A stretch of 54,551 bases of DNA, counting the filler, from Bipalium vagum (Eukaryota), in NCBI GenBank assembly GCA_037834085.1. It is 3 parts of 3 records of this genome, joined end to end, with 100 filler letters (N's around TTAATTAATTAA, not from the genome) between each part and the next. Parts side by side here need not be neighbours in the genome. Positions count along the whole stretch, not along the records: positions 38,703 to 54,551 come from JBBMKC010142319.1; 2 more parts are not named here. One strand, given 5' to 3'. The notes under the pieces are model-generated. The model made no database searches and was not told the DNA's origin. It saw nothing but the letters and a program-made list of their open reading frames with translations. Positions within the stretch are counted from its first letter, which is position 1, and every line of letters begins with the position of its first letter. Made by a program: the position numbers and the translations under genes. Below, in pieces: positions 39,349 through 52,870 of the stretch.

Positions 39349-39469
39349 TAAGAAAATATGCATCTTATAGAGAGGATAATTGCGATTAAGTTTTTTTTCA
39401 AAATCTAAATCTTATGACTCCGCTGTTCGGTACTCAGATACCGCCAGCTACTGTATCTTAAGTTCAAAA
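39349..39469 (+). repeat. ~120-bp direct repeat, copy 1
   Basis: TAAGAAAATATGCATCTTATAGAGAG...CGCTGTTCGGTACTCAGATACCG...TGTATCTTAAGTTCAAAA; second copy at 40622-40741. Confidence 0.93.
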
Positions 39470-39552
39470 TAATTAAATTCTTAAAACAATATTTAATTTG
39501 ATGATTATAGATGCACACTTATTTTGACTACATAGATTCATTCATATCTAAA

Positions 39553-42500
39553 CTATGATGAAATATAATTTCCATGTATCCGAATACGATATATACAGGT
39601 GTATTCTTCATTATCATGATTTGACAGGAAATTCACCTTAATGTATTGGGTTTTTTGAGAAATCTGAAAAAAAGTCACATGTATTCCAGATATTTTATTA
39701 TACTTTTAATTTATTAAAGATTTTAAAAATAATAAATGATGACTTAATCATTTTTATTATTAAGATGCAATGATAGGTTGTTTCATTTATTTTTATCTAA
39801 ATTTAGCTTAGTATTTGGAAGTGAATATTACAGGTTTATGCAGAAATATATAGAAAAATATTCAATATATATATAATTCTATTCAAAATATATAGAAAAT
39901 TATTCAAAAATATATAGAAAAAATTTGATTTTTTCTATCTAGATTTGATCACATTTTAGTCAGCCAAAAATACCAGCTGCATGGTTGCTATTAAAATGTC
40001 AGGTTTCACTGTTTTGTCATCTGTTTTTTATTAAATCAAATTTACAGGAATTTTATGCTTCGAAATCAAAGACAGATCTTTCAATGGACTTTATTAGTGA
40101 CAAGCTATGCAATCATTTCGATCGAAATTCTGTGGATGTATTGGTGATGGACAATTGCAGATTTTATTACCGCAAAGATGTTATTATGTTGCTGACAGAA
40201 CGAGGTATTACTTACAGATTTCTGTCACCATATTCGCCTCAGGTACAATTCGCAAATACTGTATCATCCTTTATGAGAACCATTATAGATCGGGACGATT
40301 GATTACTCAATTCTCATGCATAACGATATAGATTTAAGTGATTATTTTCGCAACATAAGGCAGTTTATAGAAAGACCTTGGCGAGACAATAATTTATTAT
40401 AATAATCCATTATATATTTCTGAATATTTTTCTATATATTTCTGCATAACCATTTATGTAAAACATTAATTTATTTAATTTTGTTTTAATAGTTGTCAAT
40501 GAATCTAATTCAAAGTATTTGATTATTTTTAAAGAAATTTCATTTGTTCGATGATATAGAGTATATTCGTCATAATTTTTCTTTTATACTTTCAAAAAGA
40601 GTGAAACGCTTCTCAAATATATAAGAAAATATGCATCTTATAGAGAGAATAATTACTATTAATTTATTTTCAAAATCTGAATCTGATGATTTCGCTGTTC
40701 GGTACTCAGATACCGTCGGCTATTGTATCTTAAGTTCAAAAGTTAAATAAAAAAAAAGATGTTAAATAAAATTCAGGCATCTGTGGTTACTTATTTGGTA
40801 AAACTAAAATATCCTTTGATTTTATACTTTTATACGTACCTTACAAATTGATATGAAAACATTAATAATGTCATTTCTTTTTGATATTTACTATTAAAAC
40901 AGAAATAGTAAAATCTATGTTAAAATTAGATATTAACGGGTAACTATAATTCAATTTTTTTATAAAAATATTAAACATGACATCGTGAATAAAATAAAAA
41001 ACTTTATCAAATTAGCAAACAAAAGGTTCTTCTTTCTGTTTTGTGGAATTGAAAAAGTATTTTGAGCTTCTGTCTTACAAAGTAATCATCAAATTTATTA
41101 ATTATGATTATCGCCTAAATGAACTGAAAATTTCATCGTTTCTGTGAACCTCGCAACACATTGAGTGGATTGCAATTAACTTTAATTTAGCTCTAACTCG
41201 AGCTCTCAAACTAGAGTCCGTGGAACCAAAGGGTTTGCCAAAAACTTATCTGGTTACAGTGAAAGGGTCAAGATTTGTATAAAAAAATCTAGAATCTCAT
41301 TTCACATTAAATTGATCGAAGGATTTTTGTATTAATGAGTTATTAATATTAATCTTTTGTTCTTGTATTAAGATTTTCTTGAGATTCTGGTCTTGCTTAC
41401 CAAAGGCTTGGTTTTTAAAGTGTTTAATTTCAGTCCGTAACACAAGAGTTAGAAACACAGTCTCTCACCGAATAAATATCAATTGATTGACAATTACCCA
41501 TCCTCAAACATTGCAAGATGTGTTTATAGTAAGCATCCAAATTTTAAAATATAATATCCCAAAATATATTCAACTGCAAATTTTTGACAAGGTACTATTT
41601 ATTAAAATTGAATATTTCAGAATAACTAAGACTCCTATGCAAGCGATTATTAAAGTCATTTAAAACTGTTAGAGATTCCTGATGATATTGAAGCTGCCTT
41701 CCTTTGAATAATATCTCTAGCTTTAGATATCTCATTGTTTTCTTCTATATACCTCTCACTTCAGATTCCCTAAATGATGAAATCAGGTGGTTTTTTGTAC
41801 GGTGATTGCTTGAAGCCAAACCGGAGCATGTCTAAATAACTTTCTACATTCACACTTCGCTGTTCGATTCTTACATTACAAAATAAAACACGAAATGTCT
41901 ATTTAGACTCACCAAAAATAAAAATATTTTTTATTTATTTCGGCATGCTTCACTTCAAGCTGCGTCTTGTCGCGATCTCCAAACTTCCAAAAGCTAAATA
42001 TATTTTTGAGCTATCCTTATTTGTAATATTTAAATGTGTAATTTCGGTATTTGACACAAACTTTTAAGTTTATGAGATGATGGTATTGGTATTGAGAACT
42101 AAAAAATTGTTTAAATTTAGAACTTTTAAATTTAGAATTTTGTTGAGATAATCGCGAAGAAAATAAAATCGATGAGAATACAATTGACAGTGTTGAAATA
42201 TGTAGTCATAAATAACTTTTTGAACGTACCGATGTTTTTGATCACTCTGCACATTCTCTAGAACCTTCTAGATTACTTTCTTTTGCATGTCAAACAGTTT
42301 AAATATCAAAGAATTTCAGTCTTTTAAAAAATCGGAAATTACGTGGTAACATATTTTATCTTACGCACAATTCTTCACTGATGACCTTAAAAGATTTCCC
42401 AATTATCAAACATAATCGTGACAATATTATTTTAAAAATCTATTTTTGTCATTTTAAACATTTAGTTTAACTTTCTTTAAAAACCGAACGAACTTTCTAT

Positions 42501-45500
42501 TCAATCATATGTAAGGTAACAAAAAATATGGTTTCTATAATACCTGATTTCTTAACTTAAATATATTTAGTTGAATAATTCAGTCTGATCATTTCCTCTT
42601 AATTAGTGGTTTCCATGTTATTAAAATTATGGATTTTAAGTATTTTAAATTTTATTTTATTTTGAACCCGTGTTGAAATTTAACACTTTAGATTAGTAGA
42701 TGGGTTTCCTCAATTCAGATCGTTGTACTATTGTTATTTTTATATTATATTATCCTTTGCTTACTTTAGTCAAATAAAACGTTTGAGTAGGATTTCCATC
42801 TGCTTGATATTCGAATTCCCCTAATTTTAATCCAATGGCATCATTTTCGTCTACCAATGCCTAAAAAACATTAGTACATTTTAATAGACGGGATTTAATT
42901 AATTTACGTAGACAGTAAATTTTTTTGGCGCTGAAGTAATTGAACCATTTGGTGTTAGAAGTCTTGATGCATGATCTATAGTAACTGAAGTTATGTATAT
43001 TTCTCTTGCTAAATGTATAACAACATGTCCTTTATTTCCTTTGAAGGGCCAGCAGTTACCAGGCAGATTGCCTGGTTGAATAATTTTCCTGTGCCAACTA
43101 AAGTTAAAATTCACAATAAACATAAAAAATTACACCTAATAGACTTTACTGTTTTACCAAAAATAAGTCCAAAGAAAGTTAAAAAAGGAGCTCTTCCAGA
43201 ATATGTTGCACTAGATCTCCATAAAATGATTGATCCTCCCAAGGATTCCAAAGCATAATCAGTTTCACCAGTACCATCAGCCACCAATAAATTTAATTTC
43301 TCTTTTATAAACTCATCAATTGTACTTTTGATTAGTCTTCCTTTCCAAATTTCTTTGTCTAACTTACATAAAAGACTTTTATTGTCGAAAATCTCATTCT
43401 TCATGCAAACGGAATCACTATTTCCAGGGTTGAAATATGATGATGAAAGGAAACCACATTCTAGTAATGTTGTCTTACATTATAAAGTAAAAAAAAGCAA
43501 AGTAAAAAACTTTTAATATTTTTTAAGATGGGAATGTGATCTTTAGTATGTCTTTGAAATGCATTTTCCAACATTATATGAGATAAATGAACAATTCTCT
43601 CTTCAAATGTGTTTGATAAATCTTTCCTTAATTTAATATACAAGTCATTGACATTTTTATTGATGGTTGTGTTAACAAAACATGCCAAGTTTTGTCTATT
43701 GTTCTCTATTTCAATTCTTAGCTTTTCCAGATGAGATAAAGTTAATTCTTTTGTTTCTTTATTCATTTGTTCGTGATGTGTCATGAGCTCCTGGAATTTA
43801 ACAGAGATTTCTAAAATAAATTTCATCATGCTTCAGGAAGTAGACTTGTTTTTAATATAATTGATAAAAGATAAATAATTTTGAAAAAACTCATTCGAAT
43901 ATGAGATATAAAAATACTATACTATAATGTAAAATACTGGATTTAAGGTTTTTAATTCATGAATATGTTTATATTTTTTCGATATTTCATCGATTTATCA
44001 CAGAAAAGTGACCATTTTCGAAGAAATAGTAGGCTTTTCATTGACAATATCTTGAACTATTCGTATGAGATCATCTTTACACTCGATTTTCTGACCTCAC
44101 TGGTGCTTCCTTAAGTTATAAAACAAGGAAAAATCACTGGGAGCCAAATCAGGACTATAAAGTAAATGTGAAATCACCATAAGGCCTTTTTCCTGTTTGA
44201 CATCCGCAGTTCCTTTGGCTGTATGAACTGGAGCATTATTCATGAAGAGAAATGGACCTTGATTTTTTTGGCTTCCGTCTCAGATTTCTCAGGTCATTTA
44301 AGCAGTGCATAGTAGTAGTGAACGTCGATGTTTCCTTGGACAGAGTCAATTTGGATCACACCCATTTTTGAAATACCCATTCACGATACTCACGTCTACT
44401 ATATGGAATGTAAAAAACAATGGAGTCTCGTCCTCTGTTACAATATTCTTCAAAAAAACTCTGTCAAAGAGAGTAAATAGGTCCAAAAATTTTTTTGACA
44501 TGCTTGCATTCCCTTTTGTCGAATATATCCGCTATCAAAAATCTTATGACAAATCTGCTAAATAATTCTGGCTCCAATACACTCTAGAAAGTTCTGTACA
44601 GTCTTTTTGCTTAAATTAAATTTAGTTGAAAGCTCTCTTGATAATTTTCCTCTCTTCTTTAACGATTATCTTCAATATTTCTAATTTTTATTCCCCAATT
44701 TCAGTAGGTCATCCAATTCTTTCTTCGTCAAACACATTGTTCCTGCCATAGGAAAACTCTTAGTATACAGTCACCTTGCATGGTGCTTCATTTCCATGTG
44801 CTTTCTCCAGGTGAGAAATAATTTTCTGTCTTCTTCAACAGCAAAAACCGTATAACGCTTCGGAATTCCTCTTGATGATACATTTTTTTCAAAAAAGTCG
44901 TACCAAATATCAACGAAAGCTTACCAATTAAAACAAATATAATAGTACTTACCTATATTTAAGTTTATTTATTTTAAAAAATTCATGAAACTGTTAATTA
45001 TGTATTTTTATGAGTCTCAGGACTTTTTATTCAAACCACTTATATGAGCATGTGTGTGTTGGCTTTGTATAAATAAGAGGAGCGGTTAAGGAAATCCATA
45101 TTTATTTTTATATTTCAATAGAAAAATTATTATTCTTTAAAATTTCAGTAAAAGTAGATTTTAAAAGTAGTAGTAAAAGAAAATTTGGTATCATCTATTT
45201 TTTAACACCACGTTTTATCAACTTTTTAATTTGACTGAGAAGGGATTGACCGTTGAGTTATATACTTTTGTAAATTTTCTTATTTTATGAAATATGAATT
45301 CAAAGATGATCAATCATGTGTATTGGTGCTCCTACCGAAGAAATTTAATTTAATTAGATTTTTAAGAAAAATGTGATTCTTGTGGATACCTAGGTAAAGA
45401 ATTATCATTAAATTATCAAATTATTAAATTTGATTTTGAAATTCATTAGTTTGAGAACTATAAATGGTATATATCTAAAAAATTTCATAAAACATATTTG

Positions 45501-48500
45501 AATTATTATATTAAATTTTTTCATCTTATTATTATATTTTAAGACTTCATAATTTAAACTCATATACCTTTATGGAGAATATTAGACAGCTCTTTATATT
45601 GCATTGGAAGCTGATACAATGTTAATAACTTTTTATAGACATTCTCTTGGCTGGTTTTAATTGAATCTAATTCACTGTCAATTTTTTGTAGAAGTTTCTT
45701 TTGAAGATCAAGCATTTTTTCTTCGTTTGATTTTATATGATTTTCTAAATTTTTAATCTAATTATTAAAATATTATACTACATTCCATTGAAGCCTGATT
45801 ATATTAACCCTTGCTTCTAGAACGAGCTGCTCTATTTCGATTGACTTTTGCATTCTGTTTAGAATGGCTTTCACAGACAGGATGGAACTTTCGGTGATCA
45901 TCCGAATATCATTAATCATATTGTCAGTATCACCTCTCAGATTTATCAATGATCTCAATTTATTCTTTAAAAGATCGAATTCTGATTTCATTTTTCTCGC
46001 AGAACTAAAAATATTCCTTATAAATAGAAAATTTAATATAACTAAACAAGAAAGTGAAGACTTAAAATAACCTTAAATTTAACATACATAATAAACCTAT
46101 GAAATAAAAATCCCTAGTTATAGATCAATAATTATTCAGTCCTTAATTAAGAGGAAACAGTCAAAATATGATTTGATTGAACATTACTTGCCTTGGTCGA
46201 ATTTTGGTATTCTCTCAGGTTATTTCCAAGGCCAATTTGTAATTTTATAATTTTTTTAGTAATTTATTTAGATATTTACATTTACATACTATGCTGATTT
46301 AGAAAACAATTATATGTATATTAGTATATTTCAATATACACTATGGTCCATAAAAAGTAAACACCTTAAGATTTTCAAAATTTTGTTATTTAAACTGCTA
46401 TAAAATTAAAAATTCTAAAGATAATCAGAAACAGTTTTTTGAATGTTGTAGAACATTAGTAACTAAAGCCAAAAATAAAAAATACCAAATAGCATAACTT
46501 TAGACATGAAGGGTTTAGAAATTTCGAAAATATATTAAGAATATTAGTAAAAAGAAAAATTTTTTAAAAAGAACATCTGAAAACTTTGTTTAAGAAATGT
46601 TGAATGGAAACAGGTTTTGCAAACAGATTATTGACAGGTAGACCCAAAATTATAGAAACATACTCTGTTATTTTCAATAACTTTGGCTTTAACAGAAATA
46701 TTTCGTTTGCTTTCTCCTTAATGTTTTCATCCAGACCGACAAAACTTGACCTTAATCGATAAATTAGTTCCTGATAATTACTAACATCCTTCTTTAATTC
46801 AACTAGACTTTGAGATACATTATCAAGATAATTTCCTAGATTTTATAAAGAAGTTTATTAATTCTTTTCATAATACATACGTGTAGCACATAAGCTACTA
46901 ACAGGGACTTTCTCCAAAGTTTTTGACTTTTGCCACAAGGACAATAATATTCTTAATGGCCAGGTGAGGACACACGAAACCCAACGAAATATACTCTCCA
47001 AAAACCCTTTGCAACATTTTCCTGCTTTGACACATCGTTCTCCGGGAATTAAGAATATTTTCGAGCAGACCATCATAATTTTATTAAGTATGTCTTGAAT
47101 ATCCAATGCTAATAATAAATGTCATTTTCACAAGAATGAATTCATCAATTTAATAATATTTACACCTCAATCTGTGACATTTTACACAATTTTAACTTAA
47201 CTATTAAAATACCTTTATTTAAAAACTTTAACAAAAAATTAAATCTACATGTCTAAAAAGATTTTTATTAACTTTCTTTGAAGTCAAATATCCAGTAACG
47301 TTAAACAAACCACACAAAATATTAGTTTGGTATGAAAAACTTGGTATTCATTGCAGTTCAACGATAGTTTAAAATTTCGATAAAACGAATTTTGTGAAAA
47401 AATGAAAATTACTAACGACTATTATCCATGAGGAATGATCAAATAAAATTTTCTATCAAAGCTGATCCAAAAATCGTCACTAGAACAAAGAAATCCAGAA
47501 AAAATACTCATAAATAGTTTTCGACATCTAAAACACAGTTTTCATTTCTAAATAAACTATAAAATATTTAAATTTTACTTAAAATTATTATTTAACTAAT
47601 GCTCTTAATAAGTGAATATTACTAAGAATAACAATTAGATTTTAAAGTGTATTGTTTAGTTAAAAAAATGCTTTAGTTAAACAATGCAAAAAGATGCACT
47701 ATTTTAGCACCAACCTAATAATAATAATAAAATAAATAAAAATTTTATTATCTATGATGGTTTTATCTTGAAAATGTCGAATTCCCAAGGTTAGATCAGG
47801 ATCCGCAACTAAGGATTAAGTGCCTAAAAAGGGAATGGACATTCTCAATTATGCATACTGGTCTATGACTGAGTAAACATCTGATCAGTATAAAAGGCAC
47901 TGGAGTCCTCAATGGACTGTCACAATGTTAGCAATGCTATATTTTCATCAGAAGAAAAAAAATTTATATCAGATAAAAAGGAAAACTTACAGTGTATTCA
48001 TTCATATTCACCGGAGTCAACGATAGGTCATGTGATGCTAAGTTTATGAGCCTATCGATTATGTAATGATTGGTGATATGATTACATGTTTAGAAATAGG
48101 AGGATTAAATATTCATGACAAATCAGTATAATTAATTTTATACAAAAAGAAGCACAAAATCATTTATCTGTTTTTGATAAAAATCGAAGATTAAATGATA
48201 TGAAAGAAATTAGTAGATACATATCTTCAGATTTATTTGCAAGCCATTTAATGCTTACAAAATAACTCTTATGATCTAAAGTTTCTGAAATCTTCTGTAT
48301 TTATTTTTAATTTTTTTTGCAAAATATATATATCAACCTGATATTCAATTAGGTATAAAAATACTAAGTTTCTAATTAAAAATAACATCATAACCATATA
48401 CAATTAATTTTTTAAAAATAAACCCCACTGACTTTGGTGATAAGGTTACCATTTAATGAGCACTTTAAATCTATGTTTTTAAATTAAATTAATCGTACTT

Positions 48501-48765
48501 ATTTTAATTTTGTAATTATGTATTTGTTCCATATGAAGTCTAGAACAGACAGATTTTTTACATAACCAGTTTAAAAATGTTATCATTTACATAAACAAAA
48601 TGTGCAAGGTCATAATCAAAAAATAATGTACTTTTATAACTTCTTGAATTGAGATATAAGTAGCCAGAAAAGATGATAAACAGACATAGTCCAACAATAG
48701 TATACTTGTGAATTTTGGAAGAAGGCTGTTCAAACACCTCTGGAATCCTTAAGTTTCTTTTTAAT
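39553..48765 (-). CDS. SUN-domain (Sad1/UNC-84) inner nuclear membrane protein, 5'-partial; exons 48765-48632, 47108-46881, 46835-46664, 46004-45809, 45757-45568, 43810-43511, 43460-43136, 43088-42908, 42860-42765, 39663-39553
   Basis: Ten GT-AG exons in one frame (~643 aa). TM helix YTIVGLCLFIIFSGYLYL, long coiled coils, then a SUN domain: ADGTGETDYALESLGGSI, IIQPGNLPGNCWPFKG, ITSVTIDH, SAPKKF, LGEFEY..DGNPTQTF, SNHDNEEYTCIYRIRIHG. Start codon not located. Confidence 0.92.
39833..40451 (+). mobile_element. Internally deleted IS630/Tc1-type element with TIRs
   Basis: GGTTTATGCAGAAATATATAGAAAAATATTCA is inverted at 40421-40451. Internal VLVMDNCRFY...YRFLSPYSPQ corresponds to the MDN..H and LPPYSP.LNPIE motifs, truncated. 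Confidence 0.85.
40622..40741 (+). repeat. ~120-bp direct repeat, copy 2
   Basis: Same orientation as 39349-39469 with scattered substitutions; followed by GTTAA. Confidence 0.93.
43900..45043 (-). mobile_element. mariner remnant (irritans-like) in SUN intron
   Basis: GNEAPCKVTVY..GRNNVFDEERIG*P, FLKNIVTEDET, NNAPVHTA and LYSPDLAPSDFSLFYNL in order; TIR-like end at ~45016-45043. Confidence 0.88.
47322..47718 (+). mobile_element. Short mariner deletion derivative / MITE
   Basis: TA|TTAGTTTGGT...ACCAACCTAA|TA ends (cecropia-type TIR); internal IKADPKIVTR and FRHLK resemble mariner HTH2. Confidence 0.6.
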
Positions 48766-49070
48766 CTTTGAAATAAAACAGATATTTGTGAAATTAAAAA
48801 TAATCTACTGAAATGAAAAAATAAGTATTTCTAACGATTAATTTTAACTTTTAGACTTGTTTGAAAACCCAAAATTCAATAATTTTCAATTTCTCAAACG
48901 TGTTTTTTTTTAATTATCTTGATCTCACAAGCTTAGGTAATCAGCAAAATTTTAGTACTTTGTTTTAAAAAAATGTATTCTTAAAGCATTAATACAAGTA
49001 TGACTTCACCATTTTTCGGTTAAAAAATTCAGTGACATTGAAAAATCTATGTGGAAAATTGTATTACAAC

Positions 49071-50007
49071 TGTTGGGTTTACCCAAGACACCCCCCGGGG
49101 AAAAATAAGTAATAAAAACCATAAATAGAGTATAAATATTAATAATAATTAAAATTAATTAACACTCCCAGAAATTTTATTTTGGAAATACTCAGAAAAT
49201 AAAATAACCCTCCAAAAATAATTTTTATTTTTTAAGAGGCCTAAAAGAGGTATTTTATAAATAATAAGGATCATCATAAAATAATTTTTAGGGAATTTTA
49301 GAATTTTAAGTACAATTCTGAGAATATCTCAAGAATATTACCCAGATGAAGATCAATCCCAAACATTATATTCGCAAAGGGATTTCAGTAGATTTTCACC
49401 CCTGAGAAAACGTGCTTACAATTATTGTCAACTGCAGAGTTTTATAAAAGGAAGCAGAGTTCGATAACAGACAAATTCGGAAGCAGAGTTCTACAACAGT
49501 CAAATATTACAGTTCAATTCACAGGTATTTCCAACGTTATTCAAATGATGGGACTATGCTTAAAATTCCCCACCAACGGGTTATCGGTGAGCAACCGTTA
49601 GGGCTCAGATGATAACTCGGGAGTTTAAGCGAAAAATAAACTGTAAGATTTTTCCTTTTCTTTTTGTTTTATCTTATTATTAACCATTAATATTGATTAC
49701 TATAGTTTATATTTTGTTTTAATTAGACTTTGAATTTAACATTATATTTTAATTACTGTTTGATATTAAAAGAACTTATTATTTTATAAATTTGATTGTG
49801 TTCGATTATATTATATTTTGAAGAGTGGCTTGATTGTGATACATTTCAGACATTAATTGTGATCCCAGACTTTTGATTATCCTTCTGTATTTTTGTGTAG
49901 TGTTGTGATTGTGTGATATAAATACAAGTGTTGCTTTACTGATTGTTTTTATTGCACCACCTAAGATTTGGAGTCAGGTCTAAATTTGATACCCTAAATA
50001 TTGAACA
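49071..50007 (+). mobile_element. Solo LTR (937 bp)
   Basis: TGTT...AACA termini flanked by a 4-bp duplication CAAC (49067-49070, 50008-50011). TATAAAAG at ~49443, tandem GGAAGCAGAGTTC repeats and AATAAA at ~49635. No coding motifs. Confidence 0.7.
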
Positions 50008-52838
50008 CAACAAATTTTCATTAATTGTAACATTTTCGACTCAATCAAATCATCTAAGTAATTTTTACATCTTCATAATTCTTGAACTCTTCTAAGACAT
50101 TGTGGTCTCGAAACAAAGATTAATCTCAATGATCAAATATAAAATTTTGTACAAGCTTGAAAAATTGTTTTTATATAATTATTTTGGAAGTTGTGGGAGA
50201 AATTCTGGGGCATTTGCACAACAGATGGAAAGATTCTGTCTTTTGAAGATCATTTTCAATTGTTTATTGATAAATTATTCATCAACAGATATAAATCTAT
50301 TTAAATAGTTTATTTTAATTTTTTAAAAAAATTATTAACAATTTGAAATAGAACCTAAAAATATGCACTTTATGCTTTATTAATTTATTTTTGCAGAATA
50401 TTAGAAAATTTGTACAAAGTTTATGGTGAATTTCAATGAAAGAAAGTTTGATATTGATAAAAAAATAAAATTAATTCCAAAATTTTAATTTTCTCTCTTC
50501 AAAACTCTGAGGTATGCGATTTAACAAGATGATTCTTTGTTCAATTTTTCGACAATATATTCAAATCATTTTATGAACAATGAATTGTAAAACTGATGAA
50601 AGGATGGAAAAGATTTTCGACAGTATTGTAAACAAATTAATGTAATATTTGTTCTTTCCTTTATAAAACGAACTCATAAAATTTGAATTTTTGGCTTGTA
50701 AGTAAAATCTGAATTGAGAAATTCATCAATGATTTCTTTTTCTTTTAAGTAAAAAAAATCAAAATTTGTCAAATCCTCATTTTTTTAAAAATTGATTGTT
50801 TTAAAATCTCTAAAATTTTAAAATTTTATTAATCTATTTTTATAAAATTTAAGAATATCAATTTCAAACTTAAATGAAGTTGTTAGATCATTCTATTTTT
50901 TTGTATATACCCATATATTTTTCACTGTTTATTAAAAACTTTAAATCATTAATATATTGAAATAAATCAATAACTTCTAATTTATTTTCCACATTAATTT
51001 AAGAATATAATTAATAAAGAAAATATAAAATTTTTCAAATAGATTTTAATAATTTTGAAAACATGAAAGAATATGTGATATTAGATGAAATTAGATGTCT
51101 TAGTATTAAATTAAAAAATTAATTCTTTTCGATTCTATTTTGCGATGTAATTTACATCAATCAGTAAAGCGAAAACGTGTGTTTATATCAAAATGTACAA
51201 ATGATTCTCGCAAGATAACGATAACACTATCAAATTGTCAAATTGGTACGAGGATAATAATCACCAAATTGTCTAATTGAACAATCACACAATCCTTCAA
51301 CAATCAAATGGTATCCAAACACAACAATCGGGTTAAATAATCAAATAATAATAACCAAAAATAAATATCAGCTAAGCAATAATTAAGTTAATAAATAAAT
51401 GAAAATGAAAAATAAGTATGAAAAATACCTTATATGATAACCGCTGTCGAGACTCCAGAACTATCAGTTGAGCTCTTGTGGTTGCTCAAAGTTAGGCCTT
51501 TAATGGGGAACCCTAACACAGTTCTTACGAAAAATTAATAGTATACCTTGTTTTCGTTCTCAGTAAAAATAAGGTCTTAATTGCTATATCAAATAACGTT
51601 TTCTTCTTCTATACAAATAAAGTGTTTGGCTTTGGTATCAAAAAATGTTTTTTTCTGCTGCTCTAACACTGAAAATCCTTCTCTTTATTTTCTTTGCTTT
51701 GGTTCTTGAATTTGAGTAATTTGTGCTTAAATTATTTTGATAATTCTTAAGATTTTTTTACAACCCTTTAATTTTTCTTAACTTATTATTAGCAGCCCTT
51801 ATCCGAAAAAAAACTATCTTTAAAACTTGGATAATTTTTAAAGTGGATTTTGATCTTGTTATTTTTGCAAATTATTTCTATCAATATTATTTTATTATCT
51901 TAAATATTATTTTTTATTATTCGGACCCCATAATTAACCCTATTCGGGTAATATCTTGGATAAACTCAACAGATTCTGTCATATATTTGGAATATATATT
52001 CTGTCATATATATCTGTGGAATAACTTGAAACAATTACTAATTTGATAATCATGTTTTCGATTTAATAAGTTTTAGACTTCTGAATTTATTTATTTTGTT
52101 GCGAACTCAACGATTTTGAGTAAGATAATAAATTATTTTTGTATCTTTAATTAAATTATGGTACGAATACGATCATTAAATAAAAATAATTAATGTCTGT
52201 CACAAAATTTGACTTTTCTATCCAAAAATAAAATATTTCACTTTAATAACTTTAAGACGAAATAACATTAAAATAATGAAATTAAATGAATAAATTAAAA
52301 TTGTCTAAAATTACTCAAAATTTTGAAATATTTAACTGCAAAAAATTAAAATTACTTTAATGTACAAATAAAAATATAATTCGTATTTAAGTAGATTATA
52401 ATTATACTTTATCGTTTTATCCTTAATTTAATATTAATTTAATAGAATTTTAAAAATTAATTTTACAATTCTAACCTTGTCATAAATTAAAAATCCAATA
52501 ATGTCTTTATACATATAATTAATATTTTGAATTAATTTTAATGATTTATTATATTAATATAATATTTAAAATCAATTTAATATTTAAATGAAATTTTAAT
52601 TTTCATAAGTTAATTAAAATGAGGCAAATAAGATAGAATTTGTAATTAACCAATCATTTCTTTTTTTTTCATTTACACAGAAAACTTAAAACTCAGATAT
52701 ATATTTCTTTTCTTTGAAATTAATTTTCAATATATGGAGCCTTCAATAACTTTTTTATCGTTATAGTTCTAATTACACTAGCGATATTTATCTGAATTCA
52801 TATTTATCTTAATGTTTTTTTCATATATTTTCTTATTA

Positions 52839-52870
52839 CAGTGCGCGTAAAGTCTGTTCACCTCCTATCA
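52839..52870. mobile_element. Tc1-type TIR-like end
   Basis: TA|CAGTGCGCGTAAAGTCTGTTCACCTCC; partner not seen in the window. Confidence 0.35.

Noticed and set aside
42070-42252. ORF considered as the last SUN exon
   Set aside because: Lacks the SN..YTC.YR.R.HG motif, which is found at 39663-39553.
51430-52050. Minus-strand protein-like stretch with in-frame TAA/TAG, suggesting an alternative genetic code
   Set aside because: The GK5, Dok-7 and SUN exons read through without recoding and SUN ends in TAG. Decay or unresolved splicing is the simpler explanation.
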